64,000 bases of DNA from Mobula hypostoma (taxonomy: Eukaryota): contig NC_086097.1 of NCBI RefSeq assembly GCF_963921235.1, positions 164,426,001-164,490,000 of the forward strand, in the 5' to 3' direction. The notes below the pieces were generated by a model, which worked only from the letters and a program-made list of their open reading frames with translations, did no database searches and was not told the origin of the DNA. The position numbers and the translations under genes were made by a program. Below, piece by piece: positions 37,590 through 51,030 of the stretch. Positions within the stretch are counted from its first letter, which is position 1; the number at the start of each line of letters is the position of its first letter.

Positions 37590-39212
37590 TGTATCTAACC
37601 AGTCCTATAGAGTGTTTTGAAGAAAGTTGATGAAGTCAATGCAGTGGACGTTGTCTACATGGACTTTAGCAAGGCATTTGACAAGGTCCTGTGTGGGAGG
37701 TTGGTCAACAAAATTCAATCACCAGGCATTCACAATGAGGTAGTAAGTTGATTTAGACATTGGCTTCACAGGAGAAGCCAGAGAGTGGTGGTAGATGGTT
37801 GCCTCTCCGATTGGAGGCCAATGACGAGTCGTGTGCTGCAGGGATCAGTGCTGGGTCTCTTGTTGCTTGTCACCTATATTAGATTGTGAAGACACGCAGT
37901 CCTCTTTTATTGTCATTTAGTAATGCATGCATTAAGAAATGATACAATATTTCCTCCAGTGTGGTATCACAAAACACAGGACAGACCAAGACTGAAAAAC
38001 TAACAAAACCATATAATTATAACATATAGTTACAACAGTGCAACAATACCATAACTTGATGAAGAAGTCCATGGCACAGTAAAAAGTTCAAAGTCTCTCA
38101 AATATCCTACATCTCACGCAGACAGGAGAAGGAAGAAAAACTCTCCCTGCCATGCCGACCACAGTCTGACTCTGAGTCATCCGAAAACTTCGAGCCTCCG
38201 ATCAGCTCTCCGACACCGAGTACTGAGCACCATCTCTATCTGAACGATTCGACCTTCGACCTCAATCTCGGTCGCCAACAGCAGGCAAAGCCGGGGATTT
38301 TGAGGCCTTCCCTCCGGAAGATTCTCAATCGCGCAGTAACAACAGCAGTGAACCTGCGTTTCAGAAATTTCTCCAGATGTTCCTCTGTGCTGGATCTGGA
38401 TGGGTAAACTAGATCAGCAAAGTTGCAGATAACACTATGATTGGGGTAGTAGTGGACAGGAAGGAAGGCTACCAAAGCTTACAGCGAGATCTGGACCAGC
38501 TGGAAAAATGGGTTGATAAATGACAGATGGAATTTAATGCAGTCAAGTGTGCTGTATTGCACTTTGGGAGGACCACCGGGGTAGATCACAGTGAGCAATA
38601 GGGGTACTGAGGAGTATGATAGAACAGAGGAATCTGGGAATACAGATCCATAATTCCTTGTAAGTGGTGTCATAGATTGATAGGGTCATAATGAAAGCCT
38701 TCGGCACATTAGCCTTTATAAATCAACATATTGAGTACAGGAGTTAGGATCTAATATTGAAATTGTACAAGATGTTGGTGAGGCCTAATTTGGAGTATTG
38801 TGTGCAATTTTGGTCACCTACCTACAGGAAAGAGTTAAGTAAGATTGAAAGAGTGCAGCTAAAATTTACAAAGATGTTACCAGGACTTGAGGACCTGAGT
38901 TATAGGGTAAGGTTTATTAGAGTCGGAATTTATTCCCTGGAAGGTAGAAGATTGAGGAGAGATTTGATTGAGGTGTACAAAATTATGAGGTGCAGATAGG
39001 GTAAATGTAAGCAGGCTTTTTCCACTGAGATTGGGTGAGACTACAACTAGAGGTCATGGGTTAAGGGTTCAACATTTAACAGAAATTTGGATGAGAGGGG
39101 TAGGAGATCTATCGTCCAGGTGCAGATCGATGGCATTAGGCAGATTAATGGTTCTGCACTGACCAGATGGGCCGAAGAGCCAGTTACCATGCTGTAGTGT
39201 TCTATGACTCTA
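37590..39212 (+). mobile_element. CR1 RT/3' end, with an unclassified minus-strand non-LTR insert at about 37881-38390
   Basis: YMDFSKAFDKV codons; LVRPNLEYCVQFW; CR1 interrupted at cacctatat|...|gatctggatg. Confidence 0.8.
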
Positions 39213-40349
39213 TTCTATGTCCACTACACAAAAGAGTAAGAATTGGACTTCCTAAACTCCTTCCCAAACCTAGAGTTGTATCTCACAGTCAAGTTCAAAC
39301 CTCTCCAAACAAACCCAAATCACAAGCAAAAGTATTCGTCGTTGTCCTTTTCTTATGTATATACATGTTAAGATTTAATTACTGAACCAGGATTGTTGAC
39401 AGTGTAAGCTGCACCAGCAATATGTGGATTCATTCTAATAATATATACTGTAATGGGTGATTTAAAATGGATCAAATGTAGTCTTCCAAGGAAGGTCAAG
39501 CCTTCATTCATCAATTCTAACAAATTCTTCACTGGTTAACAATATTAATTTGGCAACTAAATTAGTTTTTATGTTCATGGTGTCTTGAATTATTGACAGT
39601 GATAAAAGGACCATGAAGTGACTATACTGAGATAAATAATTTGTGCTGTATACTTGCTTATGAATGTAATATCATGTTTTGCCTCATTAGAATCCACATG
39701 GATAAAACAATGATAAAGAAAACTACAGTGTGAATAATAAAGCATCCACTTCAGTGCAAGCAAGGTCATGTGGTATTAGAAGGTAGGAATGTGATGTAAT
39801 CTCTGCTGTTTCTCTGCATTTTTCCTCCATACTAGAGAGGAAGAGGGCTATTAAAATCATTTCCAATGTTCTGCTTTCTGTATTTGCTGTTGATAGTCAT
39901 TTTTGTAAAAATTGAGGTCCCTTAGTACAATAATGTTAGTTAAATTGTGACATTTACTTTGTAGTCTTCCACTCCCTTCCAACATCTTTCAGGCTTGGAG
40001 CTAGTTACTTGTTAAGGTATGAAATTCAGGGCTCTCCCACAATGTAAGTGTGAAGTATTTGTCCCTGTGTTGCTGCTATGGCTAACAAGATGAAAAGTCA
40101 CAAGGTAGTATCCTAATCTACTGAGAATTATAGCTGTCAGCGAGGTAGGTGACGAGGCAGGAACTTGGACCCTGGAGCATCTGAAATAGAATAAATGGAG
40201 GATCACAACCAAGGTATCACTATTTCCATTCTTCCCTCCTCACTACTCCTCACATGGATCCACCTATTGCAAATGCAGTTTAATATATGGATATATGAGC
40301 TTATGTAGTTCAAAGAGAAATCAGATATGTTGCAATCCAAATGGAATGA

Positions 40350-40865
40350 GACTCAAATTAGTGACGTACAGCAGGTTCTAGAAGATGTTATAATATGTGA
40401 ATCATAAATAGCTAACAGGCAGGTCCAACAAGTAGTTAAGAAGGAAATCAGCATTTCATTGAAAAGGGGTTGGAGTTAAAAAATAGGAGGGTTTTATTGC
40501 AATTATACAGAATAGTTTGGACCTATATACAAATAAGAGATGAATTTATTCAAACATATAAGATTCTAAGGGGGCTTGATTTTTTTCACTGTTGGGAGAA
40601 TACCAAACAAGATAGGTGCCAGTCACATAAAATAAAATTACCTCTCACAAAGGGCAGTGGACTTCAGGAATTCCTTGCTTCAGCTGGTGGTGGAAGCTGG
40701 ATCAAGCATTCAAAGTGGAGGTGAATAATTATTTGATAGGTTTAAAAAAACAAGGATAAGGAAAAATGACATAGAGGTTAAAGCTAGTATAGATGAACCA
40801 TGATCGTATTAAATAGTGGGGTTGGCTTGAAGGGCCTGATTGACAACATCCTCTCCTATTGTGTT
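40350..40865 (+). mobile_element. Degenerate CR1 3' fragment
   Basis: VLLQLYR, IQTYKILRGLD; CR1 3' UTR-like end. Confidence 0.6.
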
Positions 40866-41282
40866 AGCAAAGTTAAGTATTGGATGAGGGCATCAACCTA
40901 CTCGTTGATATTTTTATTAATTTGAGCAATTTTAAATATTAAAATGCCCATTGACAGTTTTTATACAGCTTATTCCCTGTGAGACGCTTAAAATACTAGC
41001 ATCCCTTTGATTTTCATACAGAATTAGCTTTCCAAATGTATCAAATACAATAAACAGTCTTGGCCTCACAGCTTCTACTTCTTTAAGTGTTCTGATATAA
41101 AACTTCTATGAATGGTTTATTCACTTTCAGACAGCTGAAAGATCCTTAGAAATTCTAGAATGTCCATTGAGAAAAAAACTTGGCTCACAAACCCTGAACT
41201 TAATCAACACTCTATTCTAATGCTGGGCACCTGTTTTAATGGGTCGGTCCATGTAGAGTAAAGCTTGAAACCCCAGCTGCAA

Positions 41283-42074
41283 GTCTGTTCAAATTTAAAT
41301 GAGGAGTCATAAAGATTGCTTCTAATTTTCTCCAGATTCAAGCATAATATCGTCTGAGAAAACCAAAAAAAGGTAGTTGGAGCATTAAGCTCTTTCCAAT
41401 GTTGTAAGATACATCTTTTCACCATTAAAGTAAGAAATGCAATCATTCTACGGGCTGAAGGGGAGAGATTACTGGAAATTTTAGGTAGTCCAAAGATAGC
41501 AGTAATAGGGTGAGGAGAGATATCTATATTTAATACCTTAGAGATAATATTAAAAATGTCTCTCCAAAAAATTTCCAAAGTAGGGCAAGACCAAAACATA
41601 TGAGTTAAAGAGGCTATCTGCCCCGGACATCTATCACAAAAAGGGTTAATATGAGAATAAAAGCGCGCTAACTTATCTTTGGACATATGAGCTCTTTTAT
41701 TCAATATTTTCATTTAATGTAATATATACCCTTCTTGTTTTTTTTTACTGTTTTTAATGGAGGTCAGGATTGAGGACGTGATTTTAAGTTTATCTCTGTT
41801 TGGTTTCAAGTTAGCCCATTGCTTTGTTTTGCTTTTAGTTAGTTGCACGGTAGGCTTTTTTTGGGGTTTTTTTTTCCTTTTCTCTATTGATATATATATA
41901 AAATTAGTATACTATTACGTTACCTTGGTATGTTATGTTTAAATTACATTGTTTGTAGTATTTTTTTTGTATTAATATCTTCTGTAATTTTATTATATTC
42001 TAACAGTGTATTAGTGTCTATATGGCTTACCTTTTTGTATACTTATTTAATAAAAAGATTTAAAAAGAAAGCAA
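41283..42074 (+). mobile_element. L1-clade LINE 3' end with 5' inversion (inverted about 41281-41695; direct 41689-42074)
   Basis: CDRC..HMFWSC knuckle on the minus strand; 3' UTR, AATAAA and A-rich tail on plus; 16-bp TSD gaaaccccagctgcaa (41267-41282 and 42075-42090). Confidence 0.9.
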
Positions 42075-42619
42075 GAAACCCCAGCTGCAAAAATGACTCA
42101 ATTGAACCAAGTGTTTTTTTTCTCAGCTGCGTCACTAATTCTAATCTGTCTCCTTAGATCAAGGTCTGCTCTATGCTAGCATAGGTCCCGTCCCTGTGGA
42201 AAAATTGTTTTTAGATAATATATTTGCTCAGTTATTTGAATACTTCGCAGGGATCAACTTTAAGTTTAAAATTTGTTTGTGCTATTTCCATTATTTCCAT
42301 AAGTATAGGTGGATGAAGGGATAAAAACCATGTGCAGGCGGATGGGTGGCACAGACGTTGTGGGCCAATGAGCTCATCCTATGTGGTGCTGATGTACATT
42401 CTCCGAATCAGTTTGCCATCAGACAAGGAAAACCTGGATCCATGCCAGTGCAGCGTTGTTCTGTTCCATCACTGGATACTGAGCGACGTCCAACAGTACA
42501 GGCCAGCTTTGTTGAGTTCCAGAGCTTTGCATTAGTCTCTTCAATGGAGATTCCCTGGCAAGAAATAGGAGAAAAAAGCTGGTTATTTATTTTTCACATT
42601 TCAAAGCCACATAGTCAAA

Positions 42620-43640
42620 GTCAAAGTGCATCCATGTCAAATTAAAAGTCAAGGTGCGTATATAATACCTTGGGGTTCATCGTCTTGCAGACATTTACAG
42701 GAAAAGAAGAAATACAATAGAATTTCATGATAAACTATGCGTAAACAAAGAGTGACAAACAACAGATGTGCAAAAGGCAAATTGTGCTAATAAAAAATAT
42801 CATGTTGAGAACAAGAATTGTAAAGAGTCCTTGAAAGTGTGTCTGTAGGTTATCAAATCCATTCAGAGTGATGGTAAATGAAGTTATCCACGCAGGTTCA
42901 GGACCCTTGGTTGTAAAGTAGTAACTGTTCCAGATCCTGTGTTGATGTTGGACCTGAGGCTTCTGTACCTCATGCCTAATTGTAGTAGTGAGAAGAGGCC
43001 ATGGCCTGGACAGTGGGGGTCTTTGATGATTGCTGTTGCTTACCTGTGGCAGTGCTCCGTGTAAGTGTACTCAATGGTGGGGAGGGCTTTGCCCATGATG
43101 GACTGGGTTTCTGTTCCTAGGCATTGGCGTTTCCATACCAGGGTATGATGCAACCAGTCAGGAAACTCTCCACTGTGCATCTATAGAAATTTTTCAAAGT
43201 TTTTGATGACGCATTGAATTTTGATGATATACTTCCAAGAAAGTAAAAGTGTTGTCTTACCTTCCTTGTCATGACACTTACGTGCTGGTCGCAGGCAGAT
43301 CCTGTAATATGTTCACATCAAGGAATTTAAAGCTACTGACCCTCTCCATCTCCAATCCCCTAATGAGGTTTGGCTCTTCTTCCTCCTGCAGTTAATAATC
43401 AGCTCTGTGGTTTTGATGATGATGAGTCAGAGGTTGTTGTGGCATCACTCAACCCGATTTCAGTTTCTCTCCCAATACGCCGGTTTGTTACCACCTTTGA
43501 TTCAGTCAGCAACAGTGGGGTCATCAGCAAACTTAAATACAGCATTGGAGCTGTACTTAGCCACACAATCAAAAAGTGAGCTGAGCCGGGGGTTAAGTAC
43601 GCAGCCCTAAATGTATGTGCGCTGATGATGATGAGATGTT
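42620..43640 (-). mobile_element. Degenerate Rex1/Babar LINE
   Basis: KFADDPT-encoding gtggggtcatcagcaaactt and C-terminal motifs on the minus strand. Confidence 0.7.
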
Positions 43641-45394
43641 GTTGCTAATCTATCTGAAGCAATACAGCACAGAAACTCTGTCCATTGATTCAGCATTAAC
43701 ACTGCCAACTGCACATCTTTGTGGTGTAGGAAGCCTGATAAAGCCAGTAAAATATGACTTCCAGCATGCTGAGTGTCTGCCCCTGGACTGAGGGTGAGGG
43801 GCAAGGCGAAATCACCTTTATTCAGGGAACTGTGGGAGGAGCCACAGGGGCAGTCAGCAGAGGGGCGTGTCCAGACAGTTAACCCAGTTACAACATGTAT
43901 ATGGTTTACCACAAAGCTTGTAAGCACATACCACCAGGGTCAAGGTCAGACCTTATCCCACTGTTATAAGATTATTGAACAGTCCTCTTGTATGATAAGA
44001 TGGACCCTTGACCTAATGGTCTTGCATCATATTGTCTGCCTGCACTGCACTTTCTCTGTAATACTTCATTCTGCTTTCTGTTATTGCTTTTCCTTTGTAC
44101 TACCCCATTGTATCGATGGGATAAAAATGATCTGTTCGGGTGGCATGCAAAACTTCACCTCAATACATGCAACAACAATAAACCAATTTACCTATTACAT
44201 TCAGCCCAAGAGAGTATGAGCAAGTGGGGATGATAGGGAGCAAACCGGGGAGACCAAACGCTCTTGATTTTGCCCTAATGTTGGCCAAGCTTCAAGTTAT
44301 TAAGACTCTGCAGACAAAAATCTAAACATTGATTTTCATTTCTTTTAGTGTTAAAAAGCCACAATATTCACTTTGTTTTCCCTGATTAATACACCGCCAT
44401 GCACTGTTATCACAGAACAGATCAGCAGCAGAATGCCAGCATGGTGCAACATTCTGCAATGGAGTTATTCAACTAAAATGAGGAATTGGATGCTGTTTAA
44501 TTACATAATTTATTAAATAGTGTACATGTTAAGTACAATAATTTATTAAAATTATATTCAGGTGTATGCTAATTTTTTGTTCCGTGTATCAATAAGTGAT
44601 AAAGATGACAGGTCTTAAAAAACTTAAGGAGTTTTTACAGCTGTGAAAAAAATAAACCATGAAAATTGATTTGCTGAATTTTATTCCTTTAATTCATGGC
44701 ATATAGAAATAAGTAAAAAATTTTAAGAGCTGTCATTTTTTATTACTTAAATTTCAGATGAAAAATACTTAATTTCACTGCAGGAGTTACTCAGCTGAAT
44801 CCCAGTCCTATTTTCAGCTGCTTCACCAATGACCTTTACTCCAGTAAGGATTAAATAAGGAATACTCCAAAAAGGACAGAAGTAGGATTTTTCATTGATT
44901 AAGTAACATTCAATTACATCTGTAATTCCTCAATTAATGAAGCAGATCTCCAGCATCTGCTGTTGGTTTGATTTTCACTCACACTCCTCTTCTTCGATTG
45001 GACTTGTCCACACTAACCTCCAGAGGTTTATTTCAATGTCACTTCCACTGTCTAACCACTATGGTCTCAGTGGGAGCCAAACTTGACACCAATCTGGTTC
45101 AGTAATATCCTTCATGGGGTTCATCTACCACCCTTGTCTGGCCTGGTTGAAAAATGACTCCATACTGACAATGTGGTTGACTCACAAACAGCCTAATCCA
45201 TTCATGGAAAATAGAGAAAACAATAAGTGCCTGTATTGCAGCTGACATCCACATTCAAAGTCCAAAGTCAAATTTACTGTCGTATACATAGGTACTGTAC
45301 AAGTATGCACAGGTGCAGTGAAAAACTTTGCAGCATTATGTTGAGTCAATGTGGGTGGAGATAAGAAACTGCAAGGATAAAAAAGAACATTCTG

Positions 45395-45495
45395 AGCCCT
45401 GCCAAAGGGTCTCGGCCTGAAATGTCGACTGTACTTTTTTACATAGATGCTGCCTGGCCTGTTGAGTTCTTCCAGCATATTGTGTGTGTTGCTTG
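45395..45495 (+). mobile_element. Penelope-pLTR-derived short repeat
   Basis: gccctgccaaagggtctcggcctgaaatgtcgactgtac...gatgctgcctggcc. Confidence 0.8.
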
Positions 45496-45496
45496 G

Positions 45497-47940
45497 AATT
45501 GCAAAGGGAGCTGAAAAAGGTATGTAATAAGGGTAATATCACAATTGGGGTGTGGGACTTCAATATGCAAGTTGATTGGGAAAACCAGGTTGGTGTTGGA
45601 TTGCAAGAGAGGAAATTTTTGAATGCCTACGAGATGGCTTTTTAGAGTAGCTTGTGCTTGAGCCTACTCAAAGATAGGCTATCTTAAATTGGGTGTTGTG
45701 TAATAACCCAGATCTACTAGAGAGCTTAACATGAAGGAACCCTTAGGTTGAATTCATACTGTAATTTGAGAGGGAGAAGCATAAGTCTCATGTATCAGTA
45801 TTGCAATTGAATAAAGGGAATTACAGAGGCATGAGAGAGGAGCTTGCCCAGGTGGATTGAAGGAGGATTCTGGTAGGGCTGATGACAGAGAAGAGGTGGC
45901 TGAAGTTTCTGGGAATAGTTCCCAAGGCGCAGGATAAATATGTCCCACAGAAGAAGTTCTCAAATGGCAGGGGTAAGCAACTGTGGTTGGCAAGGGAAGT
46001 TAAGGACTGCATAAAAATCAAGGAAAGGGCATATAAAGTAGCAAAACTGAGAGGGAAGTTGGATGATTGGGAAGCTTTAAAAATATAACAAAAGGCAACT
46101 GAAAAAGTACAAGAAGGGAAAAGATGAAATATGAGGGCAAAATAGCTAATAATATAAAGCAAGATACTAAAAGTTTTTTTTTGGTTATGTCAAGAGTAAA
46201 AGGGAGGTGAGAGTTGATATTGGGCCACTGGAAAATGATGCTGGTGAGGTAGTGATGGGGGACAAAGAAATAGCAGATGAACTTAATGAGTACTTTGCAT
46301 TATTCTTCACTGTGGAAGACACTAGCAGTGTGCCAGAGGTCCGTGAGTGTCAGGGAGCAGGAGTGACTGTCATTGATAATACAAAGGAAAAAGTGCAAGT
46401 CAAACTCAAAGGTCTTAAGGTGGATAAGTCACCTGGACTTATATGATGGACTATACTTCCCGAGTCCTGAGAGAGTTTGCTGAAGAGATACTGACTGGAT
46501 GCATTGGTCATGATCTGTCAAGAATCACTTGATTCTGATGTGGTCCCAGAGGACTGGAAAATTGCAAATGCCTCTCCACTCTTTAAGAAGGGAGGAAGGC
46601 AAAAAAAAATTATAGTCTAACCTCAGTGGTTGGAGTCTATCATTAAGGATGAAGTTTCAAGGTATTTGGAGACTAATGAAAAAATAAGTCATAGCCAGCA
46701 TGGTTTCTGTGAAGAGAAATCATGCCTGACAAATCTGATATGAGTTTTTCGAGGAAGTAACAAAGAGAGTGGACAAAGAAGAGGCAGTGGGTGTCATTTA
46801 CTTGTATTTTCAAAAGGCATTTGATAAGATGCTGCACGTGAAGCTGCTTAACAAGATAAAATCCTATGGCTTTACAGGAAAGATACTGGCATGGATGGAG
46901 GAATGGCTGACAGGCAGAAGCAGTGAGTGTGAATAAAGGGGAGCCTTTTCTGGTTGGCTGCCAGTGACTAGTGGTGTTCCTCAGGGGATAGTATTGGGAA
47001 TACTACTTTTCACATTGTTTGTCAATGATTTGGATAATGGAATTCATGGCTTTAAGGCAAAGTTTGCAGATGATATGAAGGTAGTGTAGTGCTAAGGAAG
47101 CAATGCAGCAGGACTTAGACTAATTGGAAGAATGGACAAAAAACTGGCAGATAGAATACAGTGCTGGGAAATGTATGATAATACATTTGGTAAAAGGAAC
47201 AATAGTGCATTCTATTATCTATATGGGGAGAAAATTCAAACATCAGAAGTGTAGAGGGACTTAGGAGTACTTGTGCAAGACTCCACTGTTGAATCTCTGG
47301 TAAAGAAGGCAAATGCAATGCTGGCATTTATTTCAGGGGGAATCGAATATAAAAGCAAGGAGATAATGCTGAATCTTTATAAGATACTAGTCAGGCTGCA
47401 CCTGGAGAATTATCAACAGTTTTGGGCCCCATATCTCAGAAAGGATGTGTTGTCATTGGAGAGAGTCCCAGTGGAGTTTCACGAGGATGATTCTGGAAAT
47501 GAAGGGGTTAACATACGAGGACTGTTTGACAGCCTTGGGCCTGTACTCATTGGAATTGAGAAGAATGTGGGAGGAGCTCATTGAAACCTACCAAAAGTTG
47601 AAAGGATTAGATGAGGTGGATGTTGTGGGTGTATCCAGAACTAGAGGGCACAGCCTCAAAACTGAGGGGCAACCGTTTAGAACAGAGCTAAGGAGGAATT
47701 TTTTTTAGCTAGAGAGTAGTGAATCTGTGGAATGTGCTGCCACAAGCTGCAGTGGAGGCCAAGTCTGTTGATATATTTAAAGCTGAAGTTGATAGTTTCC
47801 TAATTGGTCAGGGCATCAAAGGATATGGCAAGAAGGCAGGTGTATGGAATTGAGTGAGATCCAGGATCAGCCATAATAGAATGACAGAGCAGACTTGATG
47901 GGCTGAATGACCTAATTCTGCTCCTATGTCTTTGGTCTCA
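45497..47940 (+). mobile_element. CR1 LINE ORF2, disrupted
   Basis: DFNMQVDW, DKSPG, PQG and C-terminal RTRGHSLK...RNFF motifs. Confidence 0.88.
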
Positions 47941-49489
47941 TCACAGCAACATTGTATCATATAAGGAGAATTCACAAAAAAAACCTAATTTTTCTAATGC
48001 TACTCTGAAACCAGTTATTATCTGTTGGTTTAAACAATGTAAATTTAAAGGTCAGCATTTCATCTCCCATCTGGTCATATTACAGTTCATGGGACTTTAT
48101 TGAACTCTGCAATTTCAAACGTAACTCTAACCCTAACTCTAATGTCATCTTCCTCTTTGATGCAAGATCATTCTTGTTAACCCACTTTTTCTCTTAAACC
48201 GTTGAGGATTTCCAGCATTCTTTATTAATTCAAATTTCCTGCAATTGTAATATCCAACCTCTCAAAGTTTCTGCATTCAGTTTTGTGGGTTTTTTCCATT
48301 CTTTAATTGTGATCATTCATCTATTAAGCACACAACTTCAAAGGTCTGGTATAATCTAAACAAACTTGGTCTCCATCCTACAACTGGCAGTTATTTTGCC
48401 TTCATTGTTTTCCAAGAACTAAAACATTTATGATTCGGAGAAGACATTCTCTTTTGGGTTTGTTTTTGAGATGACATATGAATGCCATATTAATGAAACC
48501 AATAGTGAAGACTTGGATAAAGTTTCATCTTCATCATCTTCAGTATATTCCGGAGGAGCTATGCTCTTGAAGAATCTACTTTACTTCCATTGAGCTGAAG
48601 AATTAAAATCAGGTTAGTGGCCAGGTAACAAGGGTGAAAATTAACCCCTTCAATTTTCATGATAGGATTTGCATTTGGAGTCATGAACAAAGGGTATATG
48701 TTGGATTTCGCAGGGAGATAAGGGTTAACTGTCAATATTCATCAAACAATGAACTTTGCAAGATAAAGTGAATGTCTTTGATGTGTTGAGAGGAGGAAAG
48801 TACAGCTTGTCTTCTCTTCTGAGTCCAAGAGTTACTATCAAAATGTGTTACTGTATGAAGTAAGTGGTGGTAATGACATCAGCTATAAGGTGCTTAAAAT
48901 ATAACTTTGGGGTCTGGGACAATAAGCATAGATAATGGGATCCATTAAGAATAGAATGAAAAGGGGGTACTATAAAAAAGTATCATAAACCTATCAGATT
49001 GACATTAAAACCCAGCTGCTCTGTAAACTCCCAAAGGGAAAGAAAACCATGGTGCTTAGCATTAAAATCTTTATGCAACATAAGCCCTATAACATTGTGC
49101 CTGCTTCTTAACAACCCTCCAGCAAACTACTCAATTAGAGCAAACTATCACATTGGGGCACAAAAAATGTGCAATAAATACTGAGAATGAAAAATATTCA
49201 TGTTCCTGATACAATTTTTGCATTATGTTGAATACCTTACCTTCATAAGGATATAAGAGACAAATGCATTCTAGAGCAGTATTGGCATAAAACCCACATT
49301 GAGTGGATAAAGCTTATAATGCAAAGGGATTTGGCTGGGGAAGCCACACTACAAAGGAAGGAATTTAGCTCAATTCAGCCAATTAATTGTCAGCTTGTGG
49401 TGTTTTAAGCAACTTCACAAGAATCAGACATCTTAGAGATGTAGAGAAGATATCACACTTTCACATTATATGGCATACAGTATGCAGCT

Positions 49490-50032
49490 TAGCTCACTGC
49501 TCTACTCTCTGTATACACATGATTGTGTGGCTAGCCATAGCTCAAATACCATCTACAAATTTGCTGACAATACAACCATTGTTGGTAGAATCTCAGGTGG
49601 TGACGAGAGGGCGTACAGGAGTGAGATATGCCAACTAGTGGAATGGTGCCGCAGCAACAACCTGGCACTCAACATCAGTGAGATGAAAGAGCTCATTGTG
49701 GACTTCAGGAAGGGTAAGATGAAGGAGCATATACCAATCCACATAGAGGGATCAGAAATGGAGAGAGTGAGCAGCTTCAAGTTTCTCAGTGTTAAGTTCT
49801 CTGAAACTGCAGAAGGTTGTAAATCTAGTCAGCTCCATCTTGTGCACTAGCCTACAAAGGACATCTTTAAGAAGCGGTGTCTCAGAAAGGCAGCGTCCAT
49901 TATTAAGGACCTCCAGCACCCAGGGCATGTGCTTTTCTCACTGTTACCATCAGGTAGGAGGTGCAGAAGCCTGAAGGCACACACTCAGCAATTCAGGAAC
50001 AGCTTCTTCCCCTCTGCCATCCGATTCCTAAA
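49490..50032 (+). mobile_element. Rex1/Babar LINE fragment
   Basis: LLYSLYTHDC...KFADNTT...NNLALN. Confidence 0.85.
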
Positions 50033-51030
50033 GAGTGGGAATAAAGGGAGCCTTTTCTGCTTGGCTGCCGGTGACTAGCGGAGTTCCACAGGGGTCTGTG
50101 TTGGGATTGATTCTTTTTACGTTATATGTCAATGATTTGGATGATGGAATTGATGGCTTTATTGCAACGTTTGCAGATCATATGAAGATAGGTGGAGTGA
50201 CGTGTAGTTCTGATGAAGTAGAGAGACTACAGAAGCACCTAGACAGATTAGGACAGTCGGCAAAGAAGTGGCAGATGGAATACAGTGTCAGGAAGTGTAC
50301 GGTCATGCACTTTGGTAGAAGAACCGACATGGTTGACTATTAAATGGAGAGAAAATACTAAAAAACTGAGATGCAAAGGGACTTGGGAATCCTCATGCAG
50401 GATTCCTAAATGTTTAATTTGCAGGTTGAGACTGTGGTGAGGAACGTAATTGCAATGTTAGCAATAATTTCAAAAGGACTAGAATATGAAAGCAAGGATG
50501 TAATGTTTACACTTTATAAAGCACTGGTGAGGCCTTAGTTGGAGTATTGTGAGCAGTTTTGGGCTCCTTATCTTAGTAAGGATGAACTGAAACTGGGGAG
50601 GGTTCAAAGGAGGTTCATGAAAATAATTCCAGGATTGAGTGGCTTGTCATGTGAAGACCATTTGATTACTCTGGACCTTTGCCACTAGAATTCAGGAGGG
50701 GTGAAAGGCCTTGACAGAGTGGATGTGAGAGGATGTTTCCTATGGACCCAGCCTTGAATAGAAGGGCATCCTTTTAGAATGGAGGTAAGGAGGAATTTCT
50801 TTCGCTGGAGAGTGGTGAAACTGTGGAATTCTTTGCCACAGGTAATTGCCAAGTCTTTATGTATATCTAAGGCAGAGGATGATAGATTCTTGATTGGTCA
50901 TGGCATGAAAAGATATGGGGATAAGGTAGGAGATTGGGGCTGAGAGGAAAATTGGATCAGCCATGATGAAATGGTGGAGCAGACACCATGGGCCAAATAG
51001 CCTAATTCTGTCTATCTTATGGCCTTATGA
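50033..51030 (+). mobile_element. CR1 RT/3' end
   Basis: SGVPQGSVLG, YVNDLDD; CR1 3' UTR. Confidence 0.85.

Larger units (their letters stand above)
5145..39331 (+). pseudogene. Putative TE-shredded THEMIS/CABIT-family (THEMIS3-like) pseudogene; remnants at about 5145-5419, 22112-22198, 23500-23730, 32333-32617, 37271-37590 and 39215-39331
   Basis: Colinear peptide remnants resembling recalled THEMIS CABIT and proline-rich motifs, splice-site remnants, and recalled Ptprm-Themis3-Rab12 synteny (see findings). Confidence 0.5.

Noticed and set aside
48400..48600. Short acidic/Ser-rich + frame (MTYECHINETNSEDLDK...) as a terminal exon
   Set aside because: No convincing acceptor or recognisable homology.
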